Origin: Paraphysomonas bandaiensis
Taxonomy: Eukaryota; Protista; Chrysophyceae
DNA length: 64,000 bases
Direction of reading: 5' to 3'
Assembly: GCA_965644295.1 (NCBI GenBank)
Contig: CBFFRP010000039.1
Span: 62,001 to 126,000 of the forward strand
The notes below the pieces were generated by a model. It saw only the letters and a program-made list of their open reading frames with translations. It searched no databases and had not been told where the DNA came from. The position numbers were made by a program, and so were the translations under genes. Of this stretch, positions 26,814 to 37,441 are shown in pieces. The first letter of the stretch is position 1; each line of letters opens with the position of its first letter.

Positions 26814-27537
26814 CTAATAGCAACATGAGAGTGAATGGAATGGCCTCCTCTGGCTCTCCATATCATACACACATACATGCACATGGATGGTATCTACATA
26901 CATATATATGAATTGGCGTATCCATATTCTGAATTCTTCCTCACTTCAACTTCCTTCCCAGCCCATCATGATGGTGCACCACTGCACTGCACTGCTGTAT
27001 GCGGTGTACGAGTATATTCAGTATTCTATGTATACTGTGGTATACCATATGCATCAGTCGCAGAGAAAAAACACGGTACTCGGTCGGATGCTACGGATCA
27101 ATAAACGGACGGAATACCCCCGTTGCCTTTTCACACAGTCTACACTACAGGTAGTCAAAAGCAAGGTTCTCTTCGCAGTTACTACAGAACTCGTTAGTAA
27201 GAGAAAATTATGTCTCTAGTCTACAGCCGTACACTACACACTGCATAACATAACACCATACACCTCTATGTGCCCTATGCATATCTTATACAGTCACTTC
27301 AAGTACTAAACTGAAAAGAACATCCTCTTATTTCTCTACGTCAGTGGCAGAGTATAGAACCGTATGGGGATACTGGTGTATGTATATGTGTGTGTACTCC
27401 GTATGTTTGTATATGTATATACGTACGTCGTCGTGAAGGTACTTAGCCATATATACATGCATATATCCACCTCTCTCTGCATATACACATACACACCATA
27501 TCTCTGCATCCCTTCACTCACCATGACCATATAACCC

Positions 27538-30500
27538 ATGGAAGAACACTTCACTATCGATGGCATGAAGTGTGAGGCGAACTGCGCCTCATCTGTAACC
27601 AGAGCAGCTCTATCAGTTGATGGGGTCTCTCAAGCGTCTGTCGATCTCCCTCATCGTTCTCTTGTTATCACTTACTCTCCTTCTCTTCCTGTATCTCTCA
27701 CTGATACACGGGCAGAGGAGGTTGCGATGGCGGTGGAGGAGGCGGGGTATACAGCTCATTGGGGTCGAGGGAAGTGTATCAGATACTTTAAAGTATCGGG
27801 GATGTTTTGTGATCACTGTAAGGGAACGATTGAGAAAGCTGTTATGGCGATTGATCGTGTTAAAAGGGTTATAGTCGATTTAGACCGACATGTGGCGACT
27901 GTTATTATGGAGGAACAAGCAGATGTTGCGGCGATATTAGATGCTATTGATTGTGTGGGATATGATGCAGAGCCGTATGAAGGAAGTCGTGATGTTACGC
28001 TGTGTATATCGGGCATGGTGAGTGGTATCATTTATGTGCAGTATGTTCATTTTTGATATGTGGTTTGATGGAGCAGAAGTGTAAAACCCGATGTGGTAAC
28101 ACTGTTCACAACGCTCTTCGTCGCCTCCCTGGCGTTGCATGTGTGAAGGTAGATGTAAGTCAGGGTATAGCTCAAGTACGGGGATCTGCTAAGTTTGAGG
28201 ATATTGCTTCGGCTGTTGAAGGTGCAGGTGCATTCACTGTTACTTGCTCCCAAAAAGATGAAACCTCGTCCTCAGAAACGACCACTTCTCTTCCAACAAC
28301 GGGAGATACTGTGCACCCTGTTAATCTTGACGAATCGACGGGGCACAGTTTTGGCTCTAGTGTGGGCAATTTGGCGGATAGTCGGACATTGTTTAGTATC
28401 AAGGGTATGTCTTGTGGCGCCTGCGTGGCAGGAATAGAAAGATTACTGTTGGGGCTACCTGGGGTGCAACAAGCGACTGTTGCTTTGTTGACCGAACGTG
28501 GCGAAGTTCTCTATGATAGCAAGAAGATATCTTGGCAAACGTTGTTGTCGGCGATAGAGGGGGCTGGATATCGAGCTAATCATGTGACTACGAGAAGGTA
28601 AATTGTGATACGTTTCTCGTGACTGCTATATCATATTTCTCCATCAGCAATAGCAGCTCAGACTGTGATGAACGGCGGTTCATGATAACTTCCAGAGCAC
28701 ATGTAGACGTGAAGAAGGAATGTGAGGGTGTGACAGCTCTACTGGACTCGGGTGGTGTGCTGGAAGTAAGATGGCTGAACGCCAATGATGAAAATATTGA
28801 CGAGTCAGGAGGATCATCTAGCGTGCTAGAGGTCACCTATGACCCGGCAGTTGTTGGTCTTAGGTATATACTAGAGAGTCTAGTTAAGTCGAATCCTCAG
28901 TTCAGTGTATCATTGATGAAGAGAAAGGTGCCTTATTACGAAAATTCTTGTGATACGAAGACCTACGTATTAAATCTTATTGTATTTTTGTGTTGTGTAG
29001 GGAGGCGGGGCAGAGTCGATGGAAGCACAGAATCGAGAAACTGATAAGCTCCTTCGTGACTTAATATTTGCATCTGCCCTAACTGCACCTTTGTCGGTAA
29101 TGATGTGGACAGGTATAAAAATACGTTCATCACCATGTTAATTCTGACGAAGCCTAAGGTGTACTAATGGAGAATGTCATTCCTGGACTGACGTTGATGG
29201 ACGTTGCCGCAGTGTTCCTGGCAACTCCTGTCCAGTTTGTCTGCGGGCAGCGCTTCTACAAGGTTTGATGGCATACGTATAGGACCTACACACACTGATA
29301 TGATACTTTAGGAAGCGTATCGCGGGCTTTTATCGAGAACACTGGGGATGGGATTTCTTGTTGTTCTAGGAACTACCTGTGCTTATGTCTTTGGATTGAT
29401 GTCGGTGGTACATAGTGTTCTTAGGAAGGGCCATGTTCCTTCCTATACTGACAACTTCATGACTTCTGCAATGCTAATATCATTCGTACTTCTGGGAAAA
29501 TACATGGAATCAAGAGCAAAGTCGTACACGTAAGCTCCACTATATCTGTCAGTGTTGGGGTGATATCTTCTTGCAGTTCTGTTGCACTTCAGAAGCTGAT
29601 GGAGAAGCAGCCGAACACAGCTATACTACTTTCCACTAAAAGCAAAGGTTCGAAAGAGGGCACAGTTGGCTATGAAGTGATCAGTGAGCGGTCGGTACCA
29701 TCGGAGCTTCTGTCTGAGGGTGACCTCGTTAAGGTGGTGCGTGGAATGATTATACCATCAGATGGAGAGGTTGTTCTCGGCGGTGGAGAGGTCAATGAGT
29801 CACTCATCACAGGGGAGGCTCTACCAGTATCTAAGTGTGTGGGTGACGATGTAATTGGTGGCACCCAATTGGTTGAGGGGCTGCTACACATTAGAGTAAG
29901 GTCCTTGCCGGAGAATTCTGTGCTTAGTCAAATTATAAAACTCGTTGAAAACGCTCAGATGAAAAAAGCCCCGATACAGCGAACAGCAGATTCTATTGCC
30001 GGCGTGTTCGCTCTCTGCGTAATTGGCGCAGCCGTTGCTGTATTTATCATGTGGCACATTTTACTTGCCCATTACCTAGTTCCTCGGTGGATGCTTCCTC
30101 AAAACGTGTCGAATTTCGTCGTTGCGTTCACTTTTTCTATTAGCACTTTGGTGGTTGCATGTCCTTGTGCGATGGGTCTTGCGACACCTACTGCCATTAT
30201 GGTAATAGTACTCTTCTATGTATCGTTTATATATGACCTTTTTTGCAGGTGGGCACCGGTGTTGGTGCAAAATTGGGCATTTTAATAAAGGGAGGTGAAG
30301 CATTGGAGACGGCAAATCGACTTACGACTATTGTTTTTGATAAAACGGGAACGTTGACGATGGTGTGTAATCACTATAAGTATGCTGTAAGTAACAAGCA
30401 AAGTAGGGATGCCCAGACGTGTCCACTATATATCTGCTGAGCTCCAGTGGATCCCACATGGTCAAAGTGCGTGGAAGTAGTGCAGATGGAGTGCAGGCGG

Positions 30501-31957
30501 TAGGAGAACAGGGTCGAGTCGCTGCATCGAGTGCTGAGGACAGCATATATGACATATGCAGCGGTCAGGGTGCATCATCGGTTGTCTTATCCAGTATTGA
30601 TACGCAAGACCTGAATAGTGATGAGTTTATGGACGAGGATGGCTTGCTGTGGATGGTTGCGTCAGCGGAGCTTAACAGTGAACACCTCATAGGACGTGCT
30701 ATTGTACGACATGCGCAATCTCGAAAGCATCTACCTCCACTAGAGCACTCGGATGAGGTGTCCGCTACCACCGGGAAGGGTATTAAATGCATGGTGTTGG
30801 GTTATGAAGTCATTGTAGGCTCTCTGAATTTCTTGCGCGAAGAGGATGTTCAGCACTCTCACAACAGCACTTTTGCGAATATGGCGATTGCGGCACAGGA
30901 GCAGGGGTCAATTGTAGTCTTCGCAGCTATAAACGGTTCGATGCGAGGTATGATTCAGCTGGCAGACAAGCCCCGGCCAGAAGCTGCCGACACAGTCGCA
31001 GCTCTTCATGCTCTTGGGAAGAAGGTCTGGATAGTAACCGGGGACAGTATCAGAACGGCAACTTCCCTGGGCGCAATGGTGGGTGTACCCACTTCTAATA
31101 TCATATCTGAGGCCCTACCGAGTACCAAGATTCAGCATGTGATGCGCCTTCAGGATGAAGGGGAGTATGTCGGGTTTGTTGGGGACGGTATAAATGATGC
31201 ACCAGCAGGTACGATGATCTCTCGATACTTTTATATTATTAATATATTTCTATGTATTTTTGCTATTCGATGACACGCAGTCGCCCAGGTATCTACTTTG
31301 GTTTCATTTTCTTTTGTCTAATCATGCACAGGCTGATGTTGGGATCGCTATCGGCGGGGGTACGGACGTGGCAATGGAGAGTGCGGACATGGTTCTGATG
31401 CGGGCAGATATATTTAGTGTAGTGACCGCAATCGATCTGTCTCATGCGATTCTGCGATGCATAAGGAGAAATCTCTTTTGGGCATTGGCATACAATGTGG
31501 TAGGATTCATTGTTTTTTACGTGGGCGTTGAGTGGGATAATGCTTGTGAAACTAGGTATCGATTCCTTTAGCGGCTGGACTTTCCCTTCCCATATTCCAT
31601 ACTGTGATACCTCCGTGGGTTGCAGGCATGGCCATGGCAATGTCATCGGTCTCTGTGGTATTATCATCTCTAAGTTTACTAAGCTACCAACCACCGATTA
31701 GACAAAATTCTGTAGGTGTTCGACCTACAAATGCACCAATGCGCACGCTTGTGAGCAACGTTTCCCCCCAGCCTCAAGTGGACAGTCCTTTTCGACCCAG
31801 TGGACTGGAGTCTCTGTTATCGTTTGCTGGCCCAGTAAGTGATGATTCGAGAGATGGGGTGTACAGTGGTATGGGGATGTTAGAAATGGAAGGAGAACGG
31901 ACCTCATTATTGGAGAACCGAAAACACTACGGCTCCACTGACCAATGTAGAATGTAA
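27538..31957 (+). CDS. Copper-transporting P1B-type ATPase (ATP7/CCC2/RAN1-like) with at least 4 HMA domains; many introns
   Basis: [17 protein letters not shown]|KCKTRC, GMSCGAC; [39 protein letters not shown] and MAMSS Cu(I) ligands. Confidence 0.92.
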
Positions 31958-32220
31958 ATTAGAGAAGAGTGTCACTCTACGATAGTTTTAGACTAATCTA
32001 AGAAATACGCGTCGAAAGTATACTCTTTTTTATGACAGTAATGATAATTACAAGCATTTCACTTATGAGTTGCATCATAAGATAATACAATATATGAACT
32101 AGAAAAAATAAAAGTAAATGGCGAATATATATGGACAATATGTATAGATTGTCAAAGTTAATTCATACTTTAGTTATAATTATAAGTTACTGTACTTAAC
32201 TCAAAGAAAGCCTAAACATT

Positions 32221-32878
32221 TTCAACTGACCATACTCACACCTTCTTCTCGTGGTGTTCTGGGGGATAAGATAACGTGAATCGCATGTATAGTCAGCAGA
32301 TATCAGATATTGTTTAGTCCACTCATACCGAAATGCTTGTGTGGTACAAGGGACACTAATAAGGGGCGGCACTTGTGTAGACGTCTTTGGGCCTTGACGA
32401 AGTCAATCATCCGGGAATGGGTCCACCTTAAGGGTAACCGGGGTATTGTGCAGCCTCTAAAATCACGCCTCCGGGCTGTTCACCTTAAGGACTCAAAAAT
32501 TCTGAAGTCAGTAGATGCCAGATATATCAACATTCTGCTTGCTCACTGCGTTTGCTTCGAGTGATAGAGCGAAAGTAGTTGCACCTTGGTGCTTGTGGCG
32601 ACGTACAAGCAGCTTCTGTAGCGCTAAATAGTAGAATATGAGAAATTGTACTAGTTACTTACTGATAGAGGTTGATCTAGCTTGACTAGTCTTCATCTAA
32701 CTACCTATCTGGTGTCGGTTCTTGACGCCTACTGCTAAAAGTGAGACTTTCACACTGCTTGCGGTGACGCACATGCAGCTTTCATAGTGTTAAATTGTAA
32801 GATATCAGAATTAAGCACTAGTTAGCTAGTTAGTTAAATTGGTTTTGCTACTTTGCTAATAATCAGACATTCACTAGA
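32221..32878 (+). mobile_element. Ribozyme-headed SINE-like retroposon, copy C (degenerate, P4 deleted, duplicated 3' module)
   Basis: ACTCACACCTTC..TCGTGGTGTTCTGGGGGATAAG head, body to AGACTTTCACA at about 32754, then a second 3' module. Confidence 0.8.
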
Positions 32879-33858
32879 ATATAAACTGTACAATACGTAT
32901 TTTATTCTGACTTCCACATAAGTCGTTAAGTTTGTTGCTGAAAACATTCGCTGACAGTATGTTGTTATAGTACAAAATTCTTATTCGGTGCTGACGAGAA
33001 AACCATAACTGTGCAATTTACAGAAAATAACATATAGATATGTTTATAATCTATACTATCGTAATATATGATATCGTAGAACATGACTTCGTAATGTCGA
33101 CACATAGACGTTGACAACAGCATATTGTTGCTACTTGAGGTTGGTGAATGGTCCGGATTTTATAAGGCTAACTATGACTTCGAAATATAATGCACTGCTA
33201 TAATTCTCTGCCCTACGATGGCAAATACAGTCCAACATAAAGTTTCACTCTATTAACCAGCTCCAAGCCCAATGTCTCTATTGAGACTGTGGCTGAGTCA
33301 CATCAGTGTGCCCAGGGCCTTTTACACTCCCTTACTGCTGCATTTTGTTGACCACCACGCTTCCGACAAATTACCTGTCACACCATGTTGTACACGCTCC
33401 AAGCCCCCCTGCCTGGCCTTGCAACCTTCACCCTACTCAACTACTTCAGTTAAACCACGTGCCTGCACCAATGCAGCGCTGACCGCACCTACGTGCTATC
33501 CCCTCAGCAGACAACTTCGTCTCACCCATCGCTTTCTACGGCTACAACCTCTCAGAACATGGCTCGTGCGAGCAGGCTCACGAAAACGACCCCCATGGAC
33601 CCCCTATGCAATCACTGAATACTCTCGATCCCTCTCAACTGTGCAACAGGGCTGCCTTCTGCCGCCCACTCAACCCAACCCAACATGGTTTGTCTGTGGT
33701 CCATCCACCCAGCAGGCTACCCCCTCACCCTGTTCACCTATCACCCCCACAGCCCATCCATCTCATTGGATAGACACTGTATTCCGCATACGGTATACTC
33801 GACTACTGTACTACTGTGTCCTACAGGATGTATACCATTCCGTGTATACCTCTACTGT

Positions 33859-34000
33859 TGTTGGACACATCACCATGTCCATGTACCTGTCTACCTGTAC
33901 TGTTGGACACATCACCATGTCCATGTACCTGTCTACCTGTACTGTTGGACACATCACCATGTCCATGTACCTGTCTACCTGTACTGTTGGACACATCACC
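33859..34000 (+). repeat. 42-bp minisatellite, about 3.4 copies
   Basis: TGTTGGACACATCACCATGTCCATGTACCTGTCTACCTGTAC at 33859, 33901, 33943 and partial at 33985. Confidence 0.95.
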
Positions 34001-35632
34001 AGCTCTCTCTCTCTGTCCAACACACTCATAACACCACTGCAGTGTCATACACACACACAGTACACTCTACCTCCTCCTAGAAAAACCCCAGACAAACTAT
34101 CGCCTCTCCCTTACTGTGTGACCACGTGGCATTTCCCATGCCCTATCTACGTGGCTATAGTATCACGCTATTGAGTCACATGCATGGTTACATTGACTTT
34201 TAGGACCCTATGTTGGTTTAAGACCCTATATCAGGACCCTATATATTGCTTTAGGACCTTCATTGTGTTCAGGATACATATTATGCAACACCATTTGGAC
34301 ATTGGTAATGTACCACAGTGTACCTACATATTGAGCCAACGTTCGGGTATGATGTCCAATTTTTATCTGCTGCTGATGATGTACGACTATGATCTGCTGC
34401 TGGTGACTTCGGTCGATGTGAAACCTGCTGCAAATTTATATCAAAGTTATGTGGGCCCGTATTCCTGTGTAAGCAGTTGCAGTATATACTTCCATATACA
34501 TACATACATGTATTACCCGTACTACCCTATAGGGGGGCAAATACATGTGACCATCACAGGAGAGAAGTCGCTATTGTACACTTGAGGTGCACGAGTGTTT
34601 ATGCAAGGCTTATTGGGGTTCGATTGCAAATGTGGTGTGCGTACTATACGTACTATACGTACCGTATTTATGCATTTCCTGGATTAGGGGGTTTTCAGTC
34701 TCTGGTAGGGTATAGATACGTAGTATACGGTGTACTCTCGGCATATGCTGGTGAGCCATTCCCTATCAGGTTGCTGTGTATTTTTCAGTTTTGATTGAAG
34801 AGTTACACAACCTGTGGTGGTGTGATGACACCACGTGTGTTGCACCATGTTAGGAGTGTGTGTGTGTGCATATATGCTTCTATGGTGTTTATCACTTGTT
34901 TTAAGTTAAACCAAAGCTTGGTGCCAGTGAACTTGGGTACCGGCGGTATACCATTGCGCGGTGGCTCTTTGCGGGGGTCACTAACTAAGTTTAGGTCTAG
35001 ACTTAGAAAAGTGTTTTAATAATAATACCGTTATTACTGTTCTTTGTTGGTTCAGTGTAGGTGTTGTTGTAGTTTTATTGTCTACGAGCCAACACCCTGG
35101 TTATCAAACCGGGTGTTGTTATAGTAAATATTTACTTTACTGCTCGTACAGAAATTTCTGTCTTTGCGCTGTTGTTTCACACTCTTATAAGAAACTAACT
35201 GCGACACGCTTCTTTGGGCTTGATTCTTTGGGCTTGTTGTCTGTTGCCTTCGGTTGCCGGTTGTTGTTGGTTGTCTGTTGTTCTCTGGGTGTGAGTTGTC
35301 AGTAGTCTTTCTCTAGGCTCTTTGTTCAGTGGTGATTGTTTGATTCACAGTGTGGTGACTGAGGAAATTCGGTTCTTTTCGAAGTCAATCGACCGTGGAT
35401 ACCGCCTGTGTGTTAACTGTTGTCACTTGTACAAATCCGACGGGTTCAACGGTTTTGAGTGTTGAGTGTTGAGTTTTTGGATTCTTACGCAGGGTTGTCT
35501 TTGGGATTTGTCTTGGTGTGTTGTTGAGTTCTGGGTCAGTGGTTCTAGGAGTTGCCAGGGTTGCTTGTCTCAGTGTGTTAGGGAAAAGTTTGGTGGATAT
35601 AGTCTTTGAGGCGGAAGTTCTTCTCATTAACC

Positions 35633-37441
35633 ATGTCTACTCCGACTGGTAAAACGAGGAGAGGCGGCAAGAAAACTCCTGGGAAAGATCAGGAAGCCGC
35701 TGGTAGTGGTGAAACCAAACAAGATGCTGCTGGAGGTGTGCAGGATGTCGTTCAGGAGTCTTCTGCTCCAAACATCAATCCAAACCAGGAGATTTTGGAC
35801 ACAGTTCGTGCCATGTCTCAGTCTTTTACAGAGGTGGCTACTGCAGTGTCTAACCTCAGCAGCAGGATGCAAATATTGGAGAATAGAGTACAAAATGTTG
35901 AGGATGGTGAGAGCAGTCAGTCTCAGGCTTCTGTGGGCTCACATCAGCGGCAAAAGGTTACCAAGCGCACGTCGAAACACAAACGTCAGCCGAGGTATTC
36001 CACTCTGGAAAACATGGCTAAGTTTCGCATGATTCCTCAGGAAGATAATAGCAACAAGGAGGACGATGGTTCGAATCCCGATGTTGATGGTGATGGTGCT
36101 AATGATGTGCCTACCCTCATGGATAACATCTTCAAGGGCAAGAAAGCGGGCAAGTTATTCAGGGATTTGAAGAAAAGTTCTGAGGTGGCTAGTGCCAAAA
36201 CAGTTACCATAACTAGAGAGGAAAGGAGGTGTCATGTTCGCATCAATGACTTCAAGTTGGGTAAAGTGGCGAAAGCGATCAAAGACATCTTAGAGTTTCA
36301 AGAGCAAGAAGAAACTGAGGTGCGAATTCAAAAGGTACTTTCAACCAGTTTGAAGGCACATCTGCGGAATGTGTACAGCATCACACATGCGCAGCTAGCA
36401 CAAATGGATGTTTCGGATTTGCTTCTCATTGTGGCTCAGGAGACCAAAGTGTTCAATTGCGTGGCATTTTATAATGAACTCAGAGATTCATTGAAACATA
36501 TCCAAATTATGGACTGGAAGTATGTAAATGCTGTGACTTTTGAGGCATTCTATCATCAGCAATTGAACTTGATGCAGTCGTTCCAAACAATGTTGTCTAT
36601 CATGTTGGTCTCAAACAAAACATGGTGTCCTCGTATCGATGACAAAGAGTACGGATTGATAAGACTCTTTAAGACTTTGAATGACGGGACCTATGTTAAG
36701 TATGTGTTGGGGTGCATGTCGACAAATAAATTTGACTCTATGAGCGAATTTTTCAAAGAGTATTCGGCTGTACTCTTGGATCATTATCAAGTAACCATCG
36801 CGTACCGACAGTTACCTATGGAGTCGACTACGATGTTTCAACAGAAGCACGAGGACTATCTTAAGAGGAGAAAGGAACTATTCTCTCAACAGTCCAACAA
36901 ACCTTCGTTGAACAGTCGTGTTGATTCTAAACCAAGGGTTTCGCAAGTGTCACATCTAGATACTTACGATGAGTCTGGAGGAAACTATAACGATGAGTGG
37001 GATGATAATGATGGGTATGTACCCAATGATGATGATTTGTGGGATGCTCCGAGTGAGACTTGGCGGTCCAGTAATCTGGAGGTACATGACGATAAACAAG
37101 TCGCTATGATGACAGATGTGAAACCAATGTCGGGTAATGACGCAGCAGTTGATGAGGAGCGTCGTTTTAACTCTGATAGGTCTCTGTCAGCCATGCATGC
37201 TAGACCAACTGGTGCTCAGAATAATAAGACCGATAAGTATGGGTGTCTAAGAAAAATCATGTATGGCAAGTGCGACAAAACAGACTGTCCTTATAATCAT
37301 AATGCGAAATGTCTGTTGGATTCTGCGTCCGAAATGCGGGACAAGATCGATGCGTATCTTAAGTCTGCGGGAAGTTCGGAGCAGAGGGACAAACAACCGA
37401 CCATCTTGAGGAGGGATCACTTCGGTGATTCCCGCCCTTGA
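35633..37441 (+). CDS. gag: Gag-like protein with coiled coil and C-terminal CCCH zinc finger
   Basis: 602 codons from ATG 35633, immediately upstream of pol; C-x8-C-x4-C-x3-H at 37244-37300. Confidence 0.7.
   Translation: MSTPTGKTRRGGKKTPGKDQEAAGSGETKQDAAGGVQDVVQESSAPNINPNQEILDTVRAMSQSFTEVATAVSNLSSRMQILENRVQNVEDGESSQSQASVGSHQRQKVTKRTSKHKRQPRYSTLENMAKFRMIPQEDNSNKEDDGSNPDVDGDGANDVPTLMDNIFKGKKAGKLFRDLKKSSEVASAKTVTITREERRCHVRINDFKLGKVAKAIKDILEFQEQEETEVRIQKVLSTSLKAHLRNVYSITHAQLAQMDVSDLLLIVAQETKVFNCVAFYNELRDSLKHIQIMDWKYVNAVTFEAFYHQQLNLMQSFQTMLSIMLVSNKTWCPRIDDKEYGLIRLFKTLNDGTYVKYVLGCMSTNKFDSMSEFFKEYSAVLLDHYQVTIAYRQLPMESTTMFQQKHEDYLKRRKELFSQQSNKPSLNSRVDSKPRVSQVSHLDTYDESGGNYNDEWDDNDGYVPNDDDLWDAPSETWRSSNLEVHDDKQVAMMTDVKPMSGNDAAVDEERRFNSDRSLSAMHARPTGAQNNKTDKYGCLRKIMYGKCDKTDCPYNHNAKCLLDSASEMRDKIDAYLKSAGSSEQRDKQPTILRRDHFGDSRP

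Noticed and set aside
33272-34174. 300-aa ORF as a real gene
   Set aside because: No recognisable motif; openness is explained by C-rich composition and the 42-bp repeat
34919-34938. TGGTGCCAGTGAAC as a tRNA primer-binding site
   Set aside because: Imperfect match, no clear LTR CA end before it, and no second LTR to fix the boundary
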